Assembly: GCA_965200545.1 (NCBI GenBank)
Contig: CBDAUJ010000003.1
Coordinates: forward strand, 60,196-124,195
Length of the DNA stretch: 64,000 bases
From: Arenicellales bacterium
GTDB taxonomy: Bacteria; Pseudomonadota; Gammaproteobacteria; Arenicellales; JAJDZL01
Reading direction: 5' to 3'
Part shown: positions 11,106 to 20,420 of the stretch, in pieces
How the letters are laid out: each line of letters begins with the position of its first letter
How positions within the stretch are numbered: the first letter of the stretch is position 1
The notes under the pieces: generated by a model
What the model was told of the DNA's origin: nothing
Database searches by the model: none
The model's input: the letters and a program-made list of their open reading frames with translations, nothing else
Position numbers and translations under genes: made by a program

Positions 11106-11390
11106 ATGAAAACTTCATATATTGATGCCCGTCGTGTTTGGACTGTTTCGCAAGCCAAAACTCATCTTTCTGAAGTATTGCGCTGCGCGGAAGAGGAAGG
11201 ACCGCAGCAAATCGGCAAGATATGGCCTTTTATTGTTATATCTGAGAAGCAGTGGAGCGCGAGTAATCCGACACGCAAGCCGATGGGAAAATGGCTGGCT
11301 GACAACATGCCATAAGGAGTGAATCTGAACTCTCATTGCGATCGGAAAACAGGACGAGTAATTCCATTCGAAACCGGTGAAGCTGAATGA
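11106..11390 (+). pseudogene. Phd/YefM-family antitoxin with premature stop
   Basis: WTVSQAKTHLSEVLRCAEEEGPQQIG; TAA at 11313-11315 interrupts a frame that continues GVNLNSHCDRKTGRVIPFETGEAE to TGA at 11390. Confidence 0.65.
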
Positions 11391-11664
11391 TTGATCCTTT
11401 CGCAGATACGAATGGGAAATCTCTGTACAGTAATGAAAACGATCAAGATTCAGTCGCGAATGTGGAGTTTGGATTTGCGAAAAAGGGGATATCGCAGTCT
11501 GTTTGTATGATTTTTCGGGTGTGTAAAGCTCATTAGAATGAACTCAAATTTTGAAAACTACGGAGAGCCCGACAATTAAGAAACAGTCAGAGCGACTGAA
11601 TTGATCCAGGTCGCCACAGTGCAATCACTCAAAGGCGATTTCAGTATACTATCCGACTCATGTT

Positions 11665-11740
11665 GGGGCGGTAGCTCAGTTGGGAGAGCGTAGCGTTCGC
11701 AATGCTAAGGTCGGGAGTTCGATCCTCCTCCGCTCCACCA
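11665..11740 (+). tRNA. tRNA-Ala(CGC)
   Basis: 76 nt; acceptor stem GGGGCGG/CCGCTCC with G3:U70, anticodon arm TAGCG-TT-CGC-AA-TGCTA, TTCGAT T-loop, encoded CCA; TATACT -10-like box at 11645-11650. Confidence 0.97.
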
Positions 11741-11758
11741 ATTCCTACGACTGCTAGA

Positions 11759-12910
11759 TCAGTTGATTACACTGACTGACTGCCCCGGCTGCAGTCGCTC
11801 GTTGCCGCGGATCACCACTTGCTCGCCGGCTGTCAGCCCAGCCACGACTTGAAAACGGCCGCCGATCGCCTCGCCAATGGTGATTGGACGGCGCTCAGCG
11901 ATGTTATCCTGAACGACGAACACGATATGACCATCCTGCTGCGTGATGAGCGCGTCTTTATGAATTGTTAAAGCCGCAGAGTTTGATGCGATTGGAATCT
12001 GGATGATGACATTCTGGTTGATGGCCAAAGCGTCATCAAAAGAATCCTGATCAAAAGAAAATCGTACCGCTCGGGTTCGGGTGCTGACATGCTCTTCAGG
12101 GATAAACGCTCGAAGCGTCACCTTGAACTCCGTACCGTTGTCGAATTGGGCATCCAGCGTATCACCGAGACGCAATGCATCAATATAGCGGTATGGGATA
12201 TAGGCCTCAATTTCCAGAGCATAGTCACCGATAATGCGAACGACGCGCTCGCCCAAGCGCACATACTGGCCAATCTCAATATTGCGCTCAACAATCACAC
12301 CGCCGTAAGGCGCCACGATCTGAGTCAGTGACAAGTTGTAATTCGCAATATCGAGTTCTCGCTGAATCAGCCGCGTGGAAGCCGCGGCCTCGCCGACGGC
12401 TTGCTCGGCGATCTTCAATTGCAGCACGGCATCCTCAAGCTGCGCTTCGGTCGTTGCTGCCGAGTGTCGAAGCTGTCGGAATCGGTCTTCCTTCTGGCGC
12501 GCAAGCTCAAGCTCGGTCTGGCGGCGGCTCGCGGCCCATTTGGACATTTCGATTCGCGCCTCAACGGTCTGTCGCTGCAAGTCCAGCGCTTCAGCATCCA
12601 AGGTAGCGATGAGGTCTCCAGTTTCGACCCGATCGCCGACGCTGACGTTGACCTTTTTGACAGGCGCGTTGATGGAGACATGAACTGGTCCCGATTGCCG
12701 CGCGACGATTTCGCCGAATACAGAGACCGTTTCGCTGCGGTCTTGGGTGATCACTTCATCTGTTGCCACAGGTGTGCTTGGCTGCTGCGCGAGGACCGTC
12801 GTCGGCAGGGTAGCAAGAATCACGAAACATGCCGCAATGAAGGTCAACGGGCTCTTCCCGCTGAGTGCTGGTTCGATTAGATCAAATATTGATATTGAGT
12901 TTGATTTCAT
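11759..12910 (-). CDS. RND efflux periplasmic adaptor (membrane fusion protein, AcrA-like)
   Basis: N-terminal TM; VSVGDRVETGDLIATLD, coiled-coil hairpin, IVAPYGGVI and GLTAGEQVVIRGNERLQPG. Confidence 0.93.
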   Translation of the reverse strand: MKSNSISIFDLIEPALSGKSPLTFIAACFVILATLPTTVLAQQPSTPVATDEVITQDRSETVSVFGEIVARQSGPVHVSINAPVKKVNVSVGDRVETGDLIATLDAEALDLQRQTVEARIEMSKWAASRRQTELELARQKEDRFRQLRHSAATTEAQLEDAVLQLKIAEQAVGEAAASTRLIQRELDIANYNLSLTQIVAPYGGVIVERNIEIGQYVRLGERVVRIIGDYALEIEAYIPYRYIDALRLGDTLDAQFDNGTEFKVTLRAFIPEEHVSTRTRAVRFSFDQDSFDDALAINQNVIIQIPIASNSAALTIHKDALITQQDGHIVFVVQDNIAERRPITIGEAIGGRFQVVAGLTAGEQVVIRGNERLQPGQSVSVIN

Positions 12911-13158
12911 AACAATCGGCAGGGTTGAGCAAATTCAGTTCGCATGCACAGCAACCTGTCGGAAAATAGACGCTGGTTGCCAGCTGCAATGCATTCAAGT
13001 TACGGGCAGTAAACATTCCCTCTAACGATAAAAGGCCCATCTGTTGACTGGCCTTTTCTGAGCTATTGACACTATGTTTAAATTTTGTTATTATATTCAT
13101 TGATATCGCGATATGAAATAGATGAACAGATCATCCTTAATAAGTGGAGGTAAAAACA

Positions 13159-13749
13159 ATGAAAAAATTTCTCACACTGGCAGGATGCTTTGCAGTGATC
13201 GGTGCACTGAGCCTGTTTCCGCCGCAGCAGGCGGAGGGCATCGGCGGTGCTGTAAATGATGCCTATAATAACCATGATAGTAGTAATACTCCGCTGCCCA
13301 GGGCGGACGAGCCGCCGACAAAACAGAGGCGCAATCAATTGTGTATTGAAGAGTGGCGCAAATCCCATGCATTCACCAAACAGGAATGCAAAGGGGTCTG
13401 GGTCAGCTGGGATTCATATTGGTATAGCCCGAGCTATTACTATTATGACACCAGCGAAGGCACGCATATGAAATATTCCAATTGTAAGGTGCATGTTGAA
13501 TGTCGCAAAGGCACTCCGGGAAGCACATTAGGATATGGTGAGCATAACGCAGTTCTTCGTCATGAGAACGTACATAAAATTCGTCGTTGTAAAGAACAAT
13601 CTGGAATCAAAATGAATACGTCGTGCGAGCCATTGACGGATGCAGATATTGATGCGGCAATAGAAGAATTCGAAGATCGACAAGATCAGCAAAGCTATGA
13701 AGACGAGAAATATGGTCAGGGCTATACGGGTACGACATTCGGAGAGTAA
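13159..13749 (+). CDS. Hypothetical secreted Cys/Tyr-rich protein (copy A)
   Basis: GGAGG RBS at 13146; signal peptide MKKFLTLAGCFAVIGALSLFPPQQAEG; six Cys in the mature part; paralogue at about 30131-30706. Confidence 0.8.
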   Translation: MKKFLTLAGCFAVIGALSLFPPQQAEGIGGAVNDAYNNHDSSNTPLPRADEPPTKQRRNQLCIEEWRKSHAFTKQECKGVWVSWDSYWYSPSYYYYDTSEGTHMKYSNCKVHVECRKGTPGSTLGYGEHNAVLRHENVHKIRRCKEQSGIKMNTSCEPLTDADIDAAIEEFEDRQDQQSYEDEKYGQGYTGTTFGE

Positions 13750-13800
13750 TATTCAATGCCAAAAGCTAGTCTAATGAGCGCCTGTCAGAGTAAGCATTTC

Positions 13801-14536
13801 GTCAAGTGGTGATTGTCCATCGCAGGGACGCGAGTCTGGGTTTTGAACAATGACACCTGCTGTAGCCTGACCTAGGCAACACAGCTCGAAAGTCTTGTTG
13901 CGGTGAGAAGTTATGCGGTGAGTCGAGGATAACTTTCCAGTCGCGTTGCAAGGTCGCGGATAGATGTCTTTGATCGGCATTGCGCGCTGTTTGCGCACAT
14001 CGGGTTTGCCGCGGCCTTGAGGCTAGCCGACTTTGCCCTTGAGCCCGCTGTTGGGTTCGGGCTGGTGCCAGTCCATCTAGATAGGTTCTCATACACCGCT
14101 CGCACGATGGTGCTGCGCGTCCACTACGGTGCTGGTGCAAGGCAGCGGTATTTCGGATCCACCATATCTCAGCTGCTGAGAAATCATATCTGCAAGACTA
14201 GCCGCCGTTGGCAATGCCGGCCCGTGTCTGGTATGAGTGCCGACAGCAGGCGTGTAAGCACCTCCACTTTCAGCAGGTCGCGCTCGGCGTTCAGCTCGCG
14301 GAGGGTTTCCAGATGCTGGCCGTCATTGTGCAGCAGATGTGGTCGTGACATCAGGCCGGTGCGCGAAGTGATCGCGTTGCGTTTGATGCCCGGCTTGCAT
14401 AGTAAAATCTTCATCTGCCTTGTACTACTTATGGCAGGTTCTAATTTTCGCCCGACGGGTGAAAGCAGAGGCTGAAAGCCATGTTTACAAGGTTTTTCTA
14501 AAAAGTCCGCACCGCCGCTTGCAGCGGTATATTCAC
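13801..14536 (-). mobile_element. Degenerate IS200/IS605-like (TnpB-like) element remnant
   Basis: End-like hairpin GTGAATATACCGCTGCAAGCGGCGGTG (minus strand, from 14536). The following ORF fragment HNDGQHLETLRELNAERDLLKVEVLTR resembles a TnpB-subfamily N-terminus. Many stops, no RuvC motifs; the left boundary is uncertain. Confidence 0.35.
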
Positions 14537-14777
14537 AAAAGAAAATATTATTGCAATATTATCAAATATTTATGATTTACTTTCTAAAAAGTAGCAGTGG
14601 CAGCCTGTTGATTCAAGTAAGTGAGCTGCAATTTTAATGGAGTTGAATATTTTCACCCGCATCATGTCGCCAAAGATGCTGTAGAACATCCTGTGTCTTC
14701 GATGTCATCTCATGAGCCAACGCCAATGAATCCCATTTGTTTTGACAGGCAATGCCGCTTGCTGCCAGCTGAATCTT

Positions 14778-15452
14778 ATGCTTGAGTCAATCGTCATCGA
14801 TACACAGGTGCCGGCGCGTTTGTCAGTTTTGTGGATGCACGGTCTCGGGGCTGACGGGAATGATTTCGCGCCGATTGTTCCGTATTTGAATATCCCGCAG
14901 GATTGTCCCATACGATTTGTTTTCCCGCATGCTCCGATGCGCTCCGTTACGGTGAACATGGGCATGCGCATGCGGGCATGGTACGACATCATCAATCCCA
15001 TTATCGGTTTCGGGCCGGAAGACGAAGACGGCATCGTGGAAAGTACTCGCCAAGTCAGCGAATTGATTCAGCGGGAGGTTGATCTTGGTGTTCCGACAGA
15101 TCGAATTGTTCTGGCTGGTTTTTCACAAGGCGGCGCTGTCGCCTTGCATGCAGGTCTTCGTTATCCTGAGCCGCTCAGCGGAATTCTTGTGCTATCGACT
15201 TATCTGCCAGTGCCGGACAAGACCGAGCAGCAGCGTCATCCAGGGAACCTTGGCCTGCCCATTGTGTATATGCATGGCACTTTGGATCCAGTGATTTCGG
15301 TTGACATCGCCCGCCGCTCGTCACAGCTGCTGACGTGTTTGGATTACGATGTGAGATTTACCGAGCATGCGGTCGCACACAGCGTTGCCCCCGATCAGAT
15401 CGGAGCAATCGGTGAATGGCTGACGCATCAGGCACACCACGATGCAAAATAA
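14778..15452 (+). CDS. Phospholipase/carboxylesterase (alpha/beta hydrolase)
   Basis: HGLGADG, AWYDI, GFSQGG nucleophile elbow, HGTLDPV and HSV. Confidence 0.93.
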   Translation: MLESIVIDTQVPARLSVLWMHGLGADGNDFAPIVPYLNIPQDCPIRFVFPHAPMRSVTVNMGMRMRAWYDIINPIIGFGPEDEDGIVESTRQVSELIQREVDLGVPTDRIVLAGFSQGGAVALHAGLRYPEPLSGILVLSTYLPVPDKTEQQRHPGNLGLPIVYMHGTLDPVISVDIARRSSQLLTCLDYDVRFTEHAVAHSVAPDQIGAIGEWLTHQAHHDAK

Positions 15453-15538
15453 AGGTCAGCAGTTGATCTGGATTTGGAATCAACGCCGCCCAATTCCACC
15501 TGAGGCAGGGAAGTCGGATAGCCAGATTGCCAGAGCGC

Positions 15539-16144
15539 TCACACCTGGTTATTTCGCAATATCTCTTTGATGCGCTGAATTTGCAGCTTGGGACCTGTCA
15601 GATGCGGGTTGATTTCAAGGGCGCGCTCAAAAGCCTTCAGCGCATCTGCATGATACTCAAGTTGCAGCAGAATGAGGCCGAGTCCCGCCGTCGCCCCGAA
15701 GTGACGAGGCTCAAGTTCCAATGTCTTTCGAACATCCGATGCAGAAGCTTCAAACTGGCCCAAAAAGAAATAGACGGTTGCGCGTTTATTCCAGCCTTCG
15801 GCGAATTGCGGGTCAAGCTCAATGATTTTTTGAAACATCTTGACCGCTCGCTCCAGTTGCCATAGCTGACCAGTTGCCATGGCTTCCTGTCCGGTACGCA
15901 TCAGCGCATTGATTTGCTCACTTTCGTGCTCTCGCCAAATTTCCCAGATTTGATCTGTGATTTCATCTCCGGCTTCTTGCGTGGAAACCAAAGTCAGCTG
16001 CTCAAACAGAGAGTCGAGTCGAGGGTCATTTTGGTCAGCGGTGGCATAGATGCTTGCGCACAGTGCAATCACTGCAGCTGCAAACTTCAGGCAACTCAGG
16101 TGAATAGAGTGTCTTATTGGATTTTTCATCATCAGTTCGGACAT
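15539..16144 (-). CDS. Tetratricopeptide repeat protein with signal peptide
   Basis: ADQNDPRLDSLF, FAEGWNKRATVYF and LELEPRHFGATAGLG TPR motifs. Confidence 0.9.
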   Translation of the reverse strand: MSELMMKNPIRHSIHLSCLKFAAAVIALCASIYATADQNDPRLDSLFEQLTLVSTQEAGDEITDQIWEIWREHESEQINALMRTGQEAMATGQLWQLERAVKMFQKIIELDPQFAEGWNKRATVYFFLGQFEASASDVRKTLELEPRHFGATAGLGLILLQLEYHADALKAFERALEINPHLTGPKLQIQRIKEILRNNQV

Positions 16145-16580
16145 GTCAGGTTGAGAAAAACATGAGCTCTGATTCTACTAAATTCGTATCTTTGACAAGC
16201 GTCATTTGTTCCATTCGGCGAATCAGGCGTCAGCATCAAGCTGGCAATCGAAGCTGTGCCAATAACCGCAGCAGCCGTCCCTTGGGCACACTCAGTGAAC
16301 TGATGCATTCGGTCCACGTCATCCGCGGCCGCGCACTTCGCTCGGGCATAGATGACGGCGGCAGCAAAGGGCTGCCGCCAAATACCCTTTGTTTGCCAAA
16401 GATTTGCCTGCAAGTCTTCAAATCTGAACGTTATTGAAAAAAAGAAGAAAAAAATTTTGAAAACAAATAATTTTTCTGTACGTTTTGAAGAAATATGGAT
16501 AAAATACGCCGAAATTTTATTGATTTGCGACCTATTGCAAGTCAGTTGCAGGCAAAATTCTTCTCAAGGTGAATAGCCAA

Positions 16581-17270
16581 ATGGAAAACGCCGACGATAT
16601 TGATCTGTCAACTTTATCGGATGACGAATTAGTTGAGCAGATGCATGATGATCTGTATGACGGACTGAAAGAGGAAATTGAAGAGGGAACGCAAATCCTG
16701 CTCAGCCGCGGCTGGGTGCCGTACGATGTCTTGCAGGATGCGCTCGTTGAGGGCATGCGTATTGTCGGCATTGATTTTCGCGACGGAATCCTGTTTGTGC
16801 CGGAAGTGCTGATGTCCGCCAATGCGATGAAAGGCGGCATGTCTATTTTGCGGCCGCTCCTGGCTGAGACGGGAGCGCCAACCATCGGCAAGATGGTGAT
16901 CGGCACAGTCAAGGGCGATATCCACGACATTGGCAAGAATCTAGTGGCCATGATGCTTGAGGGAGCAGGCTTTGAGGTCATCAATCTCGGTATCAACAAT
17001 CCAGTGGAAAATTACCTTGAGGCTCTTGAGGAGCACAAGCCGGAACTGCTGGGCATGTCGGCGCTTCTGACGACCACCATGCCCTATATGAAAGTGGTCA
17101 TTGATACCCTGGTTGAGCGGGGCATACGCGACGATTTCATTGTCGTCGTCGGCGGGGCGCCGCTGAACGAAGAATTTGGCGAGGCGATTGGAGCCAACGC
17201 GTACTGCCGGGATGCGGCAGTCGCTGTGGAAACCTGCAAGACGCTGGTCAAAGAGTTTCGCGCCGCCTAG
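16581..17270 (+). CDS. Corrinoid (B12-binding) protein, stand-alone cap + cobalamin domain
   Basis: LFVPEVLMSA, GTVKGDIHDIGKNLV (DxHxxG), SALLTTTM and VGGAP. Confidence 0.95.
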   Translation: MENADDIDLSTLSDDELVEQMHDDLYDGLKEEIEEGTQILLSRGWVPYDVLQDALVEGMRIVGIDFRDGILFVPEVLMSANAMKGGMSILRPLLAETGAPTIGKMVIGTVKGDIHDIGKNLVAMMLEGAGFEVINLGINNPVENYLEALEEHKPELLGMSALLTTTMPYMKVVIDTLVERGIRDDFIVVVGGAPLNEEFGEAIGANAYCRDAAVAVETCKTLVKEFRAA

Positions 17271-17335
17271 TTTTACATTTCCTGGCGCTTCATCTGAATT
17301 CTGCATGATTCGCCCCTGCATAAGGTATTTTTGCT

Positions 17336-18256
17336 GTGACTGAGACCGTAATTGCATCACCGAGCAAAACTGTAGTCATTGGCTATGATCAGCCGTTTTG
17401 CGTAATCGGTGAAAGAATCAATCCCACCGGCCGCAAGCTCCTGGCCGCCGAAATGGCACAAGGTGACTACAGCCGTGTTGAGTCTGATGCGCTCGCGCAG
17501 GTCAGAGGCGGCGCGCATATGCTGGATGTCAACGCAGGCATCCCGCTGGCAGACGAGCCTAAAATTTTGGCCGAGGTGATCCAGCTGGTTCAGTCTCTGA
17601 CAAATGTGCCGCTGGCGATTGACTCGTCTATCGTCGCCGCGCTGGAGGCGGGACTTGAAGTCTATCAGGGGCGTCCTTTGGTCAACTCTGTTACCGGCGA
17701 GGAGGAAAGACTTGAGTCCGTGCTGCCGCTGGTCAAAAAATACGATGCCGCGGTCGTTGCGATCTCCAACGACGAGACGGGTATATCGGAAGACCCGGAT
17801 GTGCGTTATGCGGTGGCTAAAAAAATTGTGGAACGGGCAGAAGATTACGGAATTCGACGATGCGATGTCGTTGTTGATCCGCTGGTGATGCCGATCGGTG
17901 CAATCGGTTCTGCTGGCCGTCAAGTGTTCAGCATCGTTCACCGGCTGCGCAATGAACTGAAAGTCAACACGACTTGCGGTGCATCGAACATCAGTTTCGG
18001 CTTGCCCAATCGGAACGGATTGAATACCGCATTCTTGACCATGGCGATCGGAGCCGGCATGACTTCGGCCATCACCAGTCCGCTGCATCCAGAAATTATG
18101 AACGCTATTATGGCTGCCGACGTGATGATGGGCACGGATCGCGAATGTCGGCGCTGGATCAAAAAATTTCGCGAACCGGCGGCTGGCGGGACGGCAGGCA
18201 GTGAAGAGCGAAGAGGCAGAAGGGCAGGCAGCAGACGCCGCCGCGCGGCGGCCTAG
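17336..18256 (+). CDS. Methyltetrahydrofolate:corrinoid methyltransferase (pterin-binding domain)
   Basis: IGERINPTGRK, LDVNAG, IDSS, VNSV and GASNISFGLP; GTG start. Confidence 0.93.
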   Translation: MTETVIASPSKTVVIGYDQPFCVIGERINPTGRKLLAAEMAQGDYSRVESDALAQVRGGAHMLDVNAGIPLADEPKILAEVIQLVQSLTNVPLAIDSSIVAALEAGLEVYQGRPLVNSVTGEEERLESVLPLVKKYDAAVVAISNDETGISEDPDVRYAVAKKIVERAEDYGIRRCDVVVDPLVMPIGAIGSAGRQVFSIVHRLRNELKVNTTCGASNISFGLPNRNGLNTAFLTMAIGAGMTSAITSPLHPEIMNAIMAADVMMGTDRECRRWIKKFREPAAGGTAGSEERRGRRAGSRRRRAAA

Positions 18257-18406
18257 GCGGAGTCATTCAATCTCGCCAGTGACTTGCCAGTTTCGAATCG
18301 GTCATAATCGACTCAGTCGATGCAAGCCGCTGTATGGATGCCTGTCAGCTGTCCCATACCTTGAAGTGCGCTGCAAGGGCAGCCGTTTCCCACCCTGGTA
18401 TCTTTG

Positions 18407-20416
18407 ATGAGCGCCAACTCTGACGCAATGGTCGTGTTCACCCCTTCGGGGCGGCGTGGCAAGTTTGCCGCAGGGACTACGATTTTGCAAGCTGCCCGCG
18501 CACTCGGAGTCGATCTCGATTCAGTCTGCGGCGGGCGTGCCATGTGCGGACGCTGTCAGATTGTGCAAAGTACCGGATCGTTTGCCAAGCATGGTGTTGA
18601 ATCCAAACCTGAGCACTTAAGCCCCGCCAGCGAGCTGGAGATCAATTACGCAAAGACGAATGAATTGGCACTAGGCCGGCGGCTGGCCTGTTCCGTGCGA
18701 ATTCTTAATGATGTTGTCATCGACGTGCCGCCTGACAGCCAAGTGCATCGGCAAGTCATTCGCAAGCGCGCGGAAGTGCATGCCATTGATCTTGATCCAG
18801 TCGTCAGGATGTACTACGTCGAAGTTCAGGAGCCCAATATGCACGACCCTTCAGGTGATCTGCAGCGGCTCAAAGATGCGCTGGAGTTTGAGTGGAGGCT
18901 TGAGAATTTAACCTGTGACTTGCGCCAGATTCAGCTGCTTCAAAGTGCGCTTCGTGCCGGAGAGTGGAAAGTTACAGTCGCAGTCCATAACGATTCGAAG
19001 ATTATCGCGGTATGGCCGGGATTCCATGATCAGGCCTACGGACTGGCAGTCGATGTTGGTTCTACGACCGTGGCCGCCCACCTTTGCAATCTGTCCAGCG
19101 GCGAGGTCGTCCAGTCGGCGGGCATCATGAATCCTCAGATTCGATTCGGAGAGGACTTGATGAGTCGCGTGTCTTATCTGATGATGAATCCCGACAGCGA
19201 TTACAAATTGACCGATGAGGTCAGAAAAGCCGTTCAGCAGCTGGCGGAAAACGTCGCGGAAATGCAAAACATCGCCTTGGCAGATATTTTGGATGTGGTT
19301 TTCGTCGGCAATCCGATCATGCAGCATCTGCTGCTCGGCATCAGTCCAATTGAGCTCGGCGGTGCGCCGTTTGCGCTTGCGTCCGATGAGTCTGTGAGCG
19401 TCTGGGCGACAGAGCTTGATTTGTCACTGCATCCCAATGCCAGGGCATTCATTCTGCCTTGCATTGCCGGTCATGTCGGTGCCGATACCGCCGGGATGGT
19501 GCTGTCAGAAGCACCCTTTGCCCAGGACAAGATGATGCTTCTGGTCGATGTCGGCACCAATGCGGAGATTGTTTTGGGCAATCGACACCGCATGGTGGCT
19601 GCCTCGAGCCCCACCGGGCCGGCGTTTGAGGGAGCGCAAATCAGCAGCGGCCAGCGTGCTGCACCGGGCGCGATTGAGCGGGTGCGCATTGATCGCAGGA
19701 CACTGGATCCCAAGGTCAAAGTCATCGGCTGTGACCTTTGGTCGACCGATACAGGCTTCGAAGCTCAGATTGCTGAAACCGGAATTACCGGCATTTGCGG
19801 CTCTGGCATCATTGAAGCGGTTGCAGAAATGTATCTGGCTGGGATTATTGATGAAGATGGCGTGTTGCAGGGCCTATTGGCGCAGACAACTTCACGCGTG
19901 ATTGCGGATGGCCGGACTTTTTCTTACATCCTGCATGCCGCTGATCCGAAAGTGATTGTCACCCAAAATGATATTCGCGCCATTCAGCTGGCCAAAGCCG
20001 CGCTGTATGCTGGAATCAAGCTGCTGATGGAGAAGTTGGCGATCAATAAAGTCGATGCGATCCGATTGGCAGGCGCCTTTGGCAGCCATGTTGATGTGAA
20101 ATACGCCATGGTGCTGGGCATGATTCCAGACTGCGATCTCAAGCAGGTCTCATCCGCTGGCAATGCGGCGGGCACGGGTGCGAGAATTGCATTGCTGGAT
20201 CGCAATTCGCGTGAGGAAATTCGTCAGGTCGTGCGGCAGATAGAAAAAATTGAGACGGCGATTGAGCCGGACTTTCAGGCGCATTTTGTCAATGCGATGG
20301 CCATCCCCAATAAACAGGATGGATTTGATGACCTTCGAAAAATCGTTGCGTTTCCGCCGCCGATCGCAAAAGCCAGGCTCGAAGGCGGCAGACGCCGCCG
20401 CCGATCGCGAGCCTAG
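18407..20416 (+). CDS. ASKHA-domain corrinoid reductive activator (RamA/RACE-like) with N-terminal 2Fe-2S ferredoxin
   Basis: CGGRAMCGRC...RLAC, DVGSTT, GEDLMSR, DVGTNAE, TGPAFEG, GICGSG and LAGAFG. Confidence 0.93.
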   Translation: MSANSDAMVVFTPSGRRGKFAAGTTILQAARALGVDLDSVCGGRAMCGRCQIVQSTGSFAKHGVESKPEHLSPASELEINYAKTNELALGRRLACSVRILNDVVIDVPPDSQVHRQVIRKRAEVHAIDLDPVVRMYYVEVQEPNMHDPSGDLQRLKDALEFEWRLENLTCDLRQIQLLQSALRAGEWKVTVAVHNDSKIIAVWPGFHDQAYGLAVDVGSTTVAAHLCNLSSGEVVQSAGIMNPQIRFGEDLMSRVSYLMMNPDSDYKLTDEVRKAVQQLAENVAEMQNIALADILDVVFVGNPIMQHLLLGISPIELGGAPFALASDESVSVWATELDLSLHPNARAFILPCIAGHVGADTAGMVLSEAPFAQDKMMLLVDVGTNAEIVLGNRHRMVAASSPTGPAFEGAQISSGQRAAPGAIERVRIDRRTLDPKVKVIGCDLWSTDTGFEAQIAETGITGICGSGIIEAVAEMYLAGIIDEDGVLQGLLAQTTSRVIADGRTFSYILHAADPKVIVTQNDIRAIQLAKAALYAGIKLLMEKLAINKVDAIRLAGAFGSHVDVKYAMVLGMIPDCDLKQVSSAGNAAGTGARIALLDRNSREEIRQVVRQIEKIETAIEPDFQAHFVNAMAIPNKQDGFDDLRKIVAFPPPIAKARLEGGRRRRRSRA

Positions 20417-20420
20417 CGAC

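Noticed and set aside
16145..16580. Cobalamin riboswitch or extra ORF upstream of the corrinoid genes
   Set aside because: No B12-box motifs are visible, and the short ORFs show no recognisable similarity.
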